Part shown: positions 1-19,285 of the stretch, in pieces | Layout: each line of letters opens with the position of its first letter | Position numbering within the stretch: position 1 is the first letter of the stretch | From: the human T2T-CHM13v2.0 reference genome, Homo sapiens | Length of the DNA stretch: 64,000 nt | Reading direction: 5' to 3' (one strand) | Assembly (NCBI RefSeq): GCF_009914755.1 | Contig: NC_060932.1 | Notes under the pieces: generated by a model | Told to the model about the DNA's origin: nothing | Database searches by the model: none | The model's input: only the letters and a program-made list of their open reading frames with translations | Position numbers and translations under genes: made by a program

Positions 1-4573
<4,573 letters not shown>

Positions 4574-4686
4574 ATCTTTTGACTTTTTGATGTGGATGTT
4601 GAGCACTATAAACATTCATCTTAAGATTGCTTTAGCTGTGTCCCAGAGACTTGGGTATGTTGTATGTTTGTTTTCATTCATTTTAT
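4574..4686 (-). mobile_element. Older L1 ORF2 fragment, the target of the L1PA insertion
   Basis: Diverged match to the ORF2 sequence at ~1540-1640 (...gctgtgtcccagagacttgggtatgttg...). Confidence 0.6.
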
Positions 4687-4944
4687 AATGAAGTTGGTTA
4701 GTTGCTCCAAAGTTTACTGGACTCTGCCATGAAACAAAAGGATGAGCTGAGGGATTATGTCTTCTGGCTCCAGAAGCATATAACTTAGCCTCAGTTTCTA
4801 GGGGTGCCCTGGATAAGAGTCTTCTTTTCTGTAGATAAAGTGCTGAAATTGCTGAAAATCAGACACAAGCTCTTATCATACAAGTGGCTAATCTGCAACA
4901 GAAGGTGCACACTCAGCCTTGCCAGGTGTCTACTGTTAAAGTGA
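4687..4944 (+). mobile_element. HERV-L (ERVL) internal gag-region fragment, no LTR
   Basis: gctgaaattgctgaaaatcagacacaagctcttatcat...gccaggtgtctactgttaaagtga resembles the recalled HERVL-int consensus. Confidence 0.6.
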
Positions 4945-6575
4945 CACCAATGAGTCAGATTCAGTCTATTTATGTAATCCTATATTTCTCAAAGGTTTTT
5001 TTCATTAAAGAATATTTTTTCTTTACTTTCTTCTGACTTAGTTCAAATAATCAGTCTTTGAGCCCTGAGAGCCTTCCCTCAGCTTGCTCATTTTGCTGTT
5101 AGTACTTTTGATTGTGTTATGAAATTATTGTAGTGAGGTTTTCAGTTCTATAAGCTTGGTTTTGTTCTTTCTTAAAATTGCTACTTCATCTTCTATCTCT
5201 TGAATAGTTTTACTGGATATTTTGGAATGGGTTTCAATTTTCCCCTGAAACTCAATGATCTTTATTGCTAACCCGATTCTGAATTTTATGTCTGTCATTT
5301 CAGCCATTTCCTTCTGGTTAAGAACCCCTTGATGGGGAACTAGTGTGACCATTTGGAGGTAATGAGACACTCTTGTTTTTAGAGTTGTCAGAATTCTTGC
5401 ACCGGTTTTTTCTTATCAGTGTGGGCTGATGTTCCATTAACTGTGGTGTAATTTGAGTATAGTCACTGACTGATTCTAGATATTTTCAGAGGGTCAAGAC
5501 TTTTTCTAAGACCTTTATATGTGGTTGAATTCTTGTTCTTGGTTTCACAGAAGGTATATTAGCAAAGCATTTTTGGTGTTGAAGCTTGGTCTGTGATCTA
5601 GTACATGGCACTTGAGCATAATGGCTGGTAAGTAGGTTCTTGTTTAGCCATGTGGCTCCTTTGTATTTCTTTGAATTTGTAGCCATGCCCCCTCTCAGTC
5701 TTCTGAGAGTTTGGGCTCCTTTCCCACTTGAGGCCTGGAAGATCTTGGCTTAGGACTTTCTGGCATGAGCTAAGGCTCTTTGTTCCCTCCCCAGCTTGGG
5801 GCCAGCAGGGACAAGAACCTTGACAGTCACAAAAGCAGAGGACCTTTCACTTTTCTCTTGGGACTCCACTTCAGAGAAACACTGAGCTGATGTTAATTGG
5901 AAAGACAAGCCTGGGATGGGGCAATTGTTGTGGGCCCAAGTCTGGGGGCTCCACCTGGTGATGAGCCAAAAGGATGGGGGCCTCACAGGGAAGACAGACC
6001 AGCCTCTTCTTTCTAGGGTGGCTGTGGCATGCTGGAGATGTGAGTATAGCACTTAGGGTCTTTGTTGCTTTCCAGGCTGAGGTCAATACACACTGCAGTG
6101 ACAATGACAGAGGGCCTTTCAGTTGCTTCTGGGAGCACCAGCCCAGAGAAGTGTAGAGCTGCTGCCAATGTGAATGTTTATCTGGGTGGGGGGCTGCTGC
6201 ACTGCAGGCCTGAACCAGGGGTTCTGTCTGGTGAAGAGCAGCGACCTAGGGGCTCACAGGGAAGAGTGACTGGGGTTCTTTCTGTATGGCAGCTACAGCA
6301 TGCTGGAGGTCCCAGTGAAGCAACCAGGTCCTTCCTTCCCCAGTCTGAAGGCAGTAAGGACAGTATTGCTGCAACTCCAATGACAGAAGAGCTGAGGGTT
6401 GTCTATGGGATTTCCTTCCCAGAGAAATGTATAGCTGCCAGTGACAAAACAAATCTGGTGGGGGCAGGATAGTTGGTGCTGGAGGCCCAGGTCAATAGGC
6501 CCTGTCCAGTGAATAGTAAGGTCCAGGGACCCATATGGAAAACAGTCTGGCCACTTTTCCATAAGGCAGCTGCAA
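4945..6575 (-). mobile_element. Old L1 (L1PB/L1MA-type) ORF1 N-terminus and GC-rich 5'UTR
   Basis: ORF 5125-5370 (EMAEMTDIKFRI...ILRKNKTKLIELKTSLQ) is an old-L1 ORF1 coiled coil; repeated 5'UTR units at ~5790-6480. Confidence 0.65.
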
Positions 6576-6626
6576 ATATCATTTTCCACCCCTTTACTTT
6601 CAGTCTATATGTGTCTTTTCAGGTAA

Positions 6627-6972
<346 letters not shown>

Positions 6973-7787
6973 TTATCCATCCTACCAGTCTGTATCTTTT
7001 AAGTGGAGCATTTAATCCATCTACATTCAAGGCTAATATTGATATTGAGGCCTTGTTCCTGCCGTATTGTTGATTGTTTTCAAGTTATTTCATAAATTCT
7101 TTGTTCCTTTCTTTTTCTCTTTTTGTCTTTGTGGTTTGATGAGACTTTGTTGTGTTGCCATTTGATTCCTTTCTCTATGTCCTTTGTGTGTTTGTTCTTT
7201 ATAAGAACTGTGAGTTTATATTTCACTGTGTTTTCATGGTGGCAAATATCAACCTTTCTTTTCATATTGAAGACTACTTTGAGCATTCTTGTAGAGTCAG
7301 TCTGGAGGTGACAAAGCCCCTCAGTATTTGCTTGTCTGGGAAAGACTTTATTTCTCCTTCATTGATGAAGCTTATTCTGGCAGCATATAAAATTCTTGGC
7401 TGACAGTTTTTTTTTTTTCTTTTAACATTTTGAAAATCACATCTCATCCTCTTCTGGCCTGTAAGGTTTCTGCTAAAATGTCCACTGTTAGTCTGATCAG
7501 GTTTCCTTTATAGGTGACTAGATCCTCTTCTCTTGCTAATTTTCAAATTCTTTTTTCACTTTGACTTTAGGCATTCTAAATATAATATGCTGTGGTGAAG
7601 TCTTTTTTGCAGTGTATTTTACTGGGAATTGTTGAGTATCTGTATCTTGATGTCTGACTCTCCTGCTGGTCTTGGGGGAAGTTTTCATGAATTATTTTCT
7701 TAAATAGGTTTTCTTAACATTGTGATCTCTCTTCATCCCCAGGAATACTGATTATTCATATGTTCTGTCACCTTATGCAATACCAGA

Positions 7788-8665
7788 TGTAGGAAGACCC
7801 CTTGAAACTAGTGCTACTGAATAAAAGATGAAATGCTTTTGATTATTGTAAATACAAAGTTGCATGCAGGATTGTGTAAAGACAATGCCAGGTTGGACTG
7901 CCAGAATGAGCCAACAGCATGTGATGTGCTTTCCCCTGCAGAGAGCCTATGAACGGATGTGCAGTCAGGGAGGTTTCACATCACCAAGATTCCTATCCCA
8001 GAAAAGCAGATGTTTATAGCTCTGGGAATGGAATGCGACCCTTGTGGAGAGCCTATAAACGGATGCATGGGAGTGGGGGCTCCTGTCCATATGAATAAGA
8101 TAGGGCTATAAATGCCCTCATCTTGCCACAGCTCTTCTAGGCCTCTTCAGGGTTAAGGCATACTCCCTTCTGAGAATTTCTGGTCTAACCAGTTGTCCAG
8201 CTTCATGTCTTGTTTCTATGGATTGTTTGTAATCAGCTTTTGATGCAGCTGTTACTGCTGATTAATATCTTGCTAATCATAGGTTATGGAAAGACTGTGT
8301 TTCTGTTTTAAAGCTCTGTTAGAAATTACTGATGCACACACTATATTATAAATTCTTATCCCTGTATACTGTACTTCTGCATTCAGATGTTATGTTAAAG
8401 AATTACTTCATCCCCATGTGACCATCTCACCTCATAGTCAAATGACCCTAAATCCCTCACTAACCTACCCCCGCCCTCACTAAACTTAATAATAAATGCT
8501 GGTATATTCAGTGCATTGTTGGCACCTTGGGACCAGAAGCTGGTGACCCCCTGGACCCAACTTTTGCCATCTTGTTTGTGTCTATTATTTCTTGGCCTGC
8601 TGATCCACCTGGGAACAAAGAGACAGCCCCATTGCATTGCAGGCTGCTGGCCAGATCCCGCAATA
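7788..8665 (+). mobile_element. HERV-K-class solo LTR (MER11D/HML-7-like)
   Basis: TGTAGG...CCCGCAATA termini; 6-bp TSD ACCAGA at 7782-7787 and 8666-8671; internal TATAAA and AATAAA. Confidence 0.8.
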
Positions 8666-10969
8666 ACCAGACATCTGAAAGTCTTTTTAATTCCTGTTAT
8701 CTTATTTTTGTCTGGCTGAATTATATCAAGAGATCTGTTTTCAACTTCTGACATTCTTTTGTCTGCTTGGTCTAGTCTATTATTGAAGCTTTTGAATGTA
8801 TTTTTTCTCTCAATTAATTTTTTTTAATTCCAGAATTTCTTCTTGTTTTTTAAAAATATCTATCTCCTTGGTAAATTTCTCATTCATTTTCTGAATTGAT
8901 TTTCTGACTTTGTTGTATTTGTTTTCAGATTTGTCTTTCATCTCATTGGGCTTCTTGAAAATCAATATTTTGAATTATTTATCTGGCATTTCAAGGAATT
9001 TTTTTGATTGGGATCTGTTTCTGGACAATTATGGTCCTTTGGTGGTGTCATATTTCCCTGCTTTTTCATGTTTTCTGTTTCTTTCTTTTGATATCTGTGC
9101 ATTGGTTGTAGCAGTCACTTGTTCCAATTTTTTGAAATTGCTTTTGTAGGGGAGAATTTTTCTTGCAAATACATGTGGGTTGGTTGAGTAGAATACTTTG
9201 GCTTTGATTTGGTTGCCTGCAATAGTGTGATCTTTGTATGACTTCTTTGCCAATACACAGGTCAGTGGTATCTTGGTATCTGTAATTTCCTTGGTGGCTT
9301 AGAGTTAGTTGAGATTGTGTTGAAGTTTTTCTGGGAACTTGGATGCCAATTGTGCCAGCCTTTGGGCCCAATAGTGGAAGCAATGGGATGAATATGCCTG
9401 CTTTTATGCCACAGGGTGGCTTACACTGGCTCCATTGTTAGTGGGTCCTAGGGGGCTTATTCTTGGGTTTCTAGATGGCTTGCTTAGAAGGTAGTATGGG
9501 GATTGGTGGGCCAAGTGTGTAGGTAGGTTCTGAGGCTGCTGGACAGCCGTTGTCACAGCAGTAGTGGTGGAGAAACCCATGGGTATCCAAGTGGTCCATG
9601 TTGGTGTTCCTCATAGCTGCAATGGGTTGGGCAGGCTAGTCCCCTGTTCCAAAGCTGCTCATAGTAGGGTGGTGAGTATTGTCCTAAGTGTGCTTAGGAG
9701 AATTCCATCCCCTCTCTCCTTGAACTGGCTAAGTGATGGCTGCAGCTGCATTAGCTTGAACTTGGTCCATGGGTGTGACAGAGCCCAGCATTAAACTCTC
9801 AAAATGGTGCCAACTGTGGGTTTGTGACCAGAAGGGGCAGAGCCCCCCTTACCTAAGCAGCATGGGCAAGAGGCTGTGGGGATTGTGGTTGCTTGAGTCT
9901 CACAGCAGCTTGTGGCAGGGCAGTGGGTATTGTCCTAGATATGTAAAGAGGAGCTTGATTTTTCTTTTCCTTCCTTGGCTGGGTGGTAGCTGTAGCCACA
10001 TCAACTCAAACGACCTGAAGAGGGGGTGAAGCCCAGCCTTAAATTCTCAAATTGGCACCTTGGGCCTGTGGCCAGGGAGGGCAGTGTCCTCCTCAGCCAG
10101 GCAGCATAGGCAAAAAGCTGTGAGTAGTATGGTCTCCTCATTTTTCATTCTCACAGCAGCCTGTGGCAGGGCAGTGGATACTGTCCTGGATATGCATATT
10201 ATAGCCTTGTTCCATGTTCCCCTTTGGCCAGGCAGCAGCTTCAGCCATGTCAGCCCAAATGCAGCCCAAGTGTGGGGTGCAGCCCAGCATTAAACTCTCA
10301 AAATGGCAGCTTGGGCCTCAAATCAGGGAGAGTGGGATCCTTGCCAGGCAAGCATGTGAGCAAGAAACTTTGGGGAGTGCAGTCCACTAATGTCTTTGTT
10401 TCAATGGGAGCCTATAGCAGGGCAGTGGGGACCCTCTCAGGGGTACATGGGAGCCCCCAGTCTCCCCTCTACTTTCTTGGAGCAGTGCATCAGCTGCAGC
10501 CATGTCTGTAGATCTTCATTATCTAGGCTCTAAAAATGGCAGCTTTTGGAGGCTGGTCTAGTCACAGATGCCTGTAAGATTGTGTGTTGATTCCCTTTCT
10601 GAATCAACGTCTCTGTGCAATCTTTAGAGAGCTCTGTATAATCTTTAGAAAGCTCTTTATTTCAGGCCCAAGGCCCAGTGGGCCAAGAGTTTCCCCATAG
10701 CTATATCATACAAGCCAAGGGGGTTTCTCTCTTACTGTTCCTTTTCATCCAGGAGACTCTCTTGGCTCTCAGTCGGTCCCTGGTTGGGCAACCTGCCTTG
10801 AACCCTTTCCTTCCTTACTTCTAGTGCTTCCTGTCTCTTTTCTGGTAAATCTTAGTGTTCTCTCCTAGATAATATGTCCAAAATGTGAGCATCTATTTAC
10901 TATTCTGGTTCCTTTTTATGGAGGAGGCACATAGTACCTGTGTCTAGTCAGCCATATTGATCCTCCTCT

Positions 10970-12210
10970 GTCTCAAAAATATTATACACCATGATCAAGT
11001 GGGATTTATCCTGGGGGTGGAAGGATGTTTCAACACATGCAAATCAATAAGCCTGATACATCACATCAACAGGAAAAAGAACAAAAACCATATGATTACC
11101 TCAATAGATGTAGCAAAGCATTTGATAAAATTCAGCATCCCTTCATAATAAAAACTCTTAATAAATTATTTATAGAAGGAACATACCTCAACACAAAAAG
11201 GGCCATACATGACAAACTCACAGCTAACATCATACTGATTTGAGAAAAGCTGTAAGCTTTTCCTCTAAGAACTAGAATAAGACAAGGACATTCACTTTTA
11301 TCACTATTATTTAACATAGTAATGGAAGGTCTAGCCAGGGCAATTAAGCAAGAGAAAGAAAAGGGCATCTAAATTGGAGAAAAGAAAGTCAAATTGTCCC
11401 CTCTTTGCAGACTACATGATCTTATGTATAGAAAAACCTAAAGACTCCATCAAAAAACTCTTAGAACTTGTAAACAAAATCAGTTAGTTGCAGGATATAG
11501 AATTGACATACAAAATTTAGTGATGTTTCTCTACATCAATAATTAAATAGCTAAAAAAGAAATTAAGAAAGCAATCCTACTTATAATAGCTATAAAAATA
11601 AAAATATCAAGGAAAAAATTTATCTAAGGAGGCAAAAGATCTCTTCAATGAAAACTACAAAAATACTGATGAAAGAAATTGAAGTGGGCCAGGTGCAGTG
11701 GCTCATGCCTGCCCTCATGATTCAATTACCTCCCACTGGGCCCCTCCCATGACACATGGGAATTATGGGAGCTATAATTCAAGATGAGATATGGGGGGAG
11801 ACCGAGCCAAACCATATCACTCCTCAAAAAACTAAAAACAGAACCACCATATGATCCAGCAATCCCACTATTAGATATTAGCCAAAGGAAAAGATATAGG
11901 TATGTCAAAGAGATATCTGCACACTTGTGTTTATTGCTCCTCTGTTCACAGTAGCAGAGATATGGAATCAGCCTAAATGTCCATCAGTGGATGAATGGAT
12001 AAAGAGAATGTATATATACACAATGGAATACTATTCAGCAATAAAGAGCAATGAATCCCATCATTCCCAACAATGTGAATGAGCCTGGAGGACATTATGT
12101 TAAGTGAAATAAATCAGGCACATAAATTAAATACTGCATGTTCCCATTCATATGTGGAACCTAAAAACGCTGAGCTCATTAAAGTGGAGAATAGGATCAC
12201 AGTCATTAGA
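10970..12210 (+). mobile_element. Old L1 (L1MA-type) ORF2 RT and 3' fragments on the plus strand
   Basis: [10 protein letters not shown]..., [30 protein letters not shown]; broken at 11687-11819. Confidence 0.85.
11711..11819 (+). mobile_element. THE1/MST MaLR LTR, 3' end only
   Basis: catgattcaattacctcccactggg...gggagctataattcaagatgagat...ccaaaccatatca. Confidence 0.8.
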
Positions 12211-12212
12211 AC

Positions 12213-12677
12213 TGTGAACCCCAAAAATCTGAGACAGGTCTCAGTTAATTTAGAAAGTTTATTTTGCCAAAGTTGAGGATGTGCACCCATGACACAGCCT
12301 CAGGAAGTTCTGACAAAATGTGCCCAAGGTGGTTAGAGCAGTTTGGTTTTATACATTTTAGGGAGACGACATCAATCAACATATGCAAGATAAACATTGG
12401 TTTGGTTTGGAAAGGTGGGACAACTCAAAGCAAAGGCTGGAAGACTCGAAGCTGGGAGGGGGCTTCCAGGTTATAGACAGATAAGAGACAAATGGTTACA
12501 TTCTTTTGTATTTCTGATTAGCCTCTCCAAAGAAGGCAATCAGATATGCATTTATCTCAATGTGCAGAGGGGTGAATTTGAATAGAATGGGAGGCAGGTT
12601 GGCCCTAAGCAGTTCCCAGCTTGACTTTTCCTTTTAGCTTAGTGATTTGGGGCTCCAATATTTATTTTCCTTTCACA
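12213..12677 (-). mobile_element. MER4A-type ERV1 3' LTR
   Basis: Minus strand TGTGAAAGGAAAATAAA...GGTTCACA, preceded by polypurine tract AAAAGGGGGAAA. Confidence 0.8.
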
Positions 12678-14255
12678 TTTTCCCCCTTTTCTTTTAAAAA
12701 GTCTTTTGAAGAAAACATTTTAGAAGAAAATGAGTCTCTGGTCTCAGGTTTCATCTGATCTCTCATAGCTAGGATGGTTTATTTCTAGATGGGCAGGTCC
12801 TGAGTTATTAGGAAAGCTCAGTTTTAGCAGGTTGTGAAGTCTTATGTTCTATGAGAGAAAATAGGAGGTGGAAAGGAGAAAAACAATAATGAAGGAAAGG
12901 ACAATTCTGGAAAATCAATGTAGGTCACATTATTCTGAAGTCCATACATCAGTAGGTAGGTATGAAAGTGGCTTATGTATGTAAACAGGTTGCTGTTATT
13001 TTTTTCTGAAGTTTAAGTTGGTTAGCTTTTGTTTGCAAGACTTTACAAAAGCACAACTTAGTTTTTGGTGACTCCAAATTAGGAAAAATGAAGGAAAAGA
13101 GAAAAAAATGGAAAACATTATTTTGCAGACTTGTAGCCAAGAAAAATCAGAATTTGGTCCAAAGTGTAGAAAATAATAAAATTTGAAAAACATTAGGCAA
13201 GACAAGAATCTAACATGAGGTGTACTATAGTTTTTGAAACATAATTTTTCTCTCTCCAGCTTCCCAATTTTACTAAAGACAAGTCATTGTAGGACTCATT
13301 TGCCTTATTTTACTTGGCCTGATTATTTGTATATAGTGCAGCAAGATTAATTTTTTTAACAGAGGTTTTAAAATTGACTGTGATCCAACTTTTTCCATAG
13401 AAGGAATCTCACATAACACTTTGTAAAAGCTGAACCCAGCCATGGACTTGTACCATCAAATACTTACGAAGGGTTAATTCCTCTTCTCTTTAGGTTCCAA
13501 GATAAACTTGGGGTCCTGGGCCTGTCAGAAAGTGACATTCTTTACTTAATACAGGTCAGGAACCCTGTACATGCATGGTGTAAAAAAGATATGAGGCCAG
13601 TTTTTCCAAGGGGCTTTTATTGGCTCCATAAGTCAAGTTTGATTCCTTAGAGGAAAGCACACCATTCCAGTCAAAGCCTTGGTAAAATAAACAGCTTCTC
13701 TAAGTGTGTCCTGTTACAAATGAAAACAGATTCTTACTGCACTTATGCAAATAACTGTATTGCCATAAGTTAAGAATACTCACAAATAGTTTCCAAAATC
13801 TGTAGAAATCAGGTAGAAAGAAAAAAAATATGCTCCAAATTTTGTTCATAGGAGTATTCTAAATTGTGGAAAGCTGTCAATAGCTCAAAAGAAAGGTTTT
13901 CTTGACTTTGAAAAACAAAGCAAAGGATTAACAACATTTTAAGCAAAAAGTTAAAAAGATTACTTCAGTCATTTATTCAGTTCATGCAGTTAATTCCCAT
14001 TCACCCTGATATTCATGAACATTTCAGCTCTCCAGTAGTCCTGACAATTTTTTTCTTTGTTCTGATGTCACAATCTCGAAAGTTATCAGAAACCTCAATT
14101 CAAGAGCATCTGTTAGTTTTTATAGCTTATTATAAAACCACCTTCTAAAGAGGACATAAACAAGACAATTGTCAGTGGATGACAAAAGTTTTAGGGCAGC
14201 AATAGTTAAAGACACAATTGACAAGGAAATTTATTACCTCTGTGGCACACAATAA

Positions 14256-14574
<319 letters not shown>

Positions 14575-15545
14575 ACAATTATAATTATTACTAATAATGT
14601 AAACAAGGTCATATCAGAATTACAAAAGCTTCTCATGGTTTTGGAACACATACCAATAACATATTTATACAAGTACAGCCCCCCACCAAAACCAAATACC
14701 ATTTCATATTTGACAATGCTTCCTATATAATTTTTGTACCAAATAAGCCAAATTATGTTATTTTTGGACTTTAGGGAACCTAACATCTTAAAGGATTAAT
14801 TAGGTCAGTAAAAGGCATAATTTATAATTTGATTTTGAAAAGTCTGTCAAATATCAAAGGTTTAAAACACTTGATATCACAAAATAGAATCACAGATCAC
14901 TGTAAAACAAGTCATTCATTTAACCAAAGTGATAACTCAAGGATTTCAAAAAAGGTGAACCCTCATTTTTTGAGAGAGGAGACTTAATTTTCCAAATGAG
15001 AAGCCCTAATAAAAACAGCATGAAGCCAATTAAATTTGTTCTTTAAAATTTTATAAACAATCTATAAAATTTTAATCTTGACCATAAGATATCACTTCCA
15101 TAAGCCTTTTATAACCTTTATAACCTTTATTAAGGAGTCAGTTAATGCTTGAAGAAAACCTTGTTAATCTGACATAGGGGCCCGTACGCTGGTCTAACAT
15201 CAGTATGCCTTTGACATTAATGATTAATTTATAGAGAAACTGAATTTATTTTATCAAAAATTGGCCCTTACAATCTCACATGCCCACCTCTTCTGCAATA
15301 GTCCCTGGGCCTTCAAGAGTTGAATAGCTTTAATTTCTGGCCCTGTGTCTCAGGAATCCAGTTTATTTTGATTTACATCTTCTACTGGGCCTGCCTGAAG
15401 ATGAGGCTTTAATTGCTGTCAGTGTTTAAGATTTAGCAGGACTTGGTGTTCTTTTTAGACCCAGCAGTCAAAGCCCTGTAATTTAATGTCACAAGTACTT
15501 TAAAAGCACACACGGAGAGATATGTGGACATAATAACCTTGATTA

Positions 15546-15698
<153 letters not shown>

Positions 15699-16023
15699 CT
15701 AAGCAAACCAAAACTTAATAATAATGTCATAGGAATTGTTTCAATACCCTGTAAAATCTGTTAGGCCACTTACCAAAGGCAAAAGAAAAGACATTCTGCA
15801 CTGCACAGAATATTATGTTGGAAGAAAACATTTCCTTTAGACCTTTAAGAAAACATTGCTAGCATCAGGCCACAACAAACAGAACTCAAGGAAAAAAACT
15901 TATATGAGCTGAAAATGAGTAAGGAGAGTGTTACAATTTTGCACCTTTGAAAGGGGGAGATAAAACTGAAAACACTAAGATACAACAAAAGTTGAACTTT
16001 GCTTTTTAAGAAAAACTCTTGAA

Positions 16024-16330
<307 letters not shown>

Positions 16331-16744
16331 TTATAATTTATTAAGAGCAAATCAATCCTTAAGAAAATTTCATTGTTCTATCCAATTATTTAGTGTATAA
16401 GTTTTTTTTACATCAAACCCAATCTCTAGAAAGATCTATAATCTCCCTTTAGTTATAGACAACTTGTTTCTTGGTTTTTTAAAAAGTATATCTGCTTATT
16501 TTGACTTACACAGACCATTCATGACATGCTTGGACCTTCTGGTTCCTCCTGAACATCCCTCTTTCTTAAAAAGCCAGTCATTTTATTCCAGCACTAAATC
16601 TGTACAAGATTATTTCTCATATAAAATTATTTCTCCTTCAGCTTTCTTACAAAAAAACTCTTTATTTTTATAAGTTTTTAAACTTCTCTCTTATTTTCTG
16701 GTTCCTTTCACCTTGTTTTATACATAACCCTTAAATAAGCTTTG

Positions 16745-17070
<326 letters not shown>

Positions 17071-17910
17071 TTAAAAAAGGACACAACTATTTTTTAGAAA
17101 GAATGTTTTTCTACAAATATATTTTATTGGAAAATACCCAAATAATGGAATAGCTATTGTTTAATTTACTATAACTTTAGTTTCTAAATTATGACAAGTT
17201 TTTCTACAAGTATTTATCCCGTTACATTTACCTACTTATTTTATTTTAATCATTTACCTAGATTATTTATGAAAACTGCCATAGTCATTATTTAAAGTTA
17301 TGAAACTGCCATTGCAAAATTATAACTGAGAAGGTGAAAAAGATTTGACGTAACTGACTGCATCTTGCTTCTAACCTCCAATCTGTCCTTGTTGATTTTT
17401 GGGCAAATTTGGGAGGAACTTGGTTTATAGTTTCACTTTGAAACAAAGGTGATAACAGTTCCTTCCCAAAACAAACCTTACTGCCTGCAGACTAGACTGC
17501 CTAAAGCCACAAGATTAGCAGTTATGGTAATCTTACTAAATTCAAAATGTAGCTATTTTTATTAAACTAATATCAATGTCTTATTTATTAAAGATTACAC
17601 AGCAAAGATCATTCTGTCTTGAGCTGTGTTTATAGCTTTATAACCCCTATGCCAAATTTTGACACCTTATAGTATTTAGCAGGAATAAGTATGAAATTGT
17701 TTAATTAATAAATGCAAACAAAAATGTATGCTGGCAATTCTTAAGACATTTTCTAATATAATTATACTTTACCAATAATCTTAAAGCTAGCTTATTTATT
17801 AAAGATTTTAGTTAAGTTGCATAAACTTGAAAAAGCATTTGACTAGTCTTTTTTCCACATAAAGTATTTGATTCAAGTGCTTTTATTTTCTTAAGCCAAT
17901 TAATTAGAGC

Positions 17911-18802
17911 TTTCTTCTTTTTTTTTTTTTTAGCTCTTTTTGACTGATTTTTGTTTCCTCTTTTTAAAATTATTATTATACTTTAAGTTTTAGGATACAT
18001 GTGCACAACTTGCAGGTTTGTTACATATGTATACATGTGCCATGTTGTTGTGCTGCACCCATTAGCTCATCATTTAGCATTAGGTATATCTCCTAATGCT
18101 ATCCCTCCCCCCTTCCCCCTCCCCCCACCCACAACAGTGCTCGGTGTGTGATGTTCCCCTTCCTGTGTCCATGTGTTCTCATTGTTCAATTCCCACCTAT
18201 GAGCGAGAACATGCGGTGTTTGGTTTTTTGTCCTTGCGATAGTTTGCTGAGAATGATGGTTTCCAGCTTCATCCATGTCCCTACAAAGGACATGAACTCA
18301 TCCTTTTTTATGGCTGCATAGTATTCCATGGTTTATATGTGCCACATTTTCTTAATCCAGTCTATCGTTGGACATTTAGGTTGGTTCCAAGTCTTTGCTA
18401 TTGTGAATAGTGCCGCAATAAACATACGTGTGCATGTGTCTTTATAGCAGCATGATTTATAATCCTTTGGGTATATACCCAGTAATAGGATGGCTGGGTC
18501 GAATGGTATTTCTAGTTCTAGATCCTTGAGGAAACACCACACCGACTTCCGCAATGGTTGAGCTAGTTTACAATCCCACCAACAGTGTAAAAGTGTTCCT
18601 ATTTCTCCACATCCTCTCCAGCACCTGTTGTTTCCTGACTTTTTAATGATCGCCATTCTAATTGGTGTGAGATGGTATCTCATTGTGGTTTTGATTTGCA
18701 TTTCTCTGATGGCCAGTGATCATGAGCATTTTTTCATGTGTGTTTTGGCTGCGTAAATGTCTTCTTTTGAGAAGTGTCTGTTCATATCCTTTGCCCACTT
18801 TT
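17911..18802 (-). mobile_element. 5'-truncated L1PA 3' end (~0.85 kb)
   Basis: ORF2 C-terminus [13 protein letters not shown]...HCWWDCKL; G-rich 3'UTR; flanking repeat TAATTAGAG at 17901-17909 and 18803-18811. Confidence 0.92.
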
Positions 18803-19223
18803 TAATTAGAGATTTTTAAAGTATATTTTCAGTACTGAAACATTGTGTACACAACACATAAATGCATAGACATGTTAGGCATGCCAATAGAAGTCCATCT
18901 TATAGATTCAGCTTTACAAGTAGCAGGATACATTCTTGGCTGAGTGAAGCAAAAGCTGATATGTCAGATCTTCTGACACCTGAGTGAGGGGTTGTGGATC
19001 AGTTTATTTAGAAGAAAATGGCCCTTCAAAAACCACTGCTGGGTGTCAACTGAGCTAGGCAAAAATGTGTTAATGCTCTTGCAGCATGAAAGAAAAGTTA
19101 AACTGTGCTTTGAATACTTCATTTAAGAAGGCAGAAAGATATCAAAATTTTAGAAAGGTTTTACTCACAAACCTGTTAAAAGATAAGTTTCATTTTCTTA
19201 CAAATATTGCTTGTTTAGAATGT

Positions 19224-19285
19224 TTTATTTCTGTCTTAAAATTTTTTTCTCACTTTTCATCTCAAGTTAAACTATGCTTTTTATT
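19224..19285 (-). terminator. Candidate polyadenylation signals of SDR16C6P
   Basis: Two minus-strand AATAAA (19285-19280 and 19229-19224) about 1 kb past the stop codon. The region is AT-rich, so chance matches are likely. Confidence 0.25.

Noticed and set aside
10611-10655. Short tandem duplications (21 bp here; similar ones at ~49031, ~56824 and ~58461)
   Set aside because: Two-copy slippage events with no spacers, so neither CRISPR-like nor a functional array.
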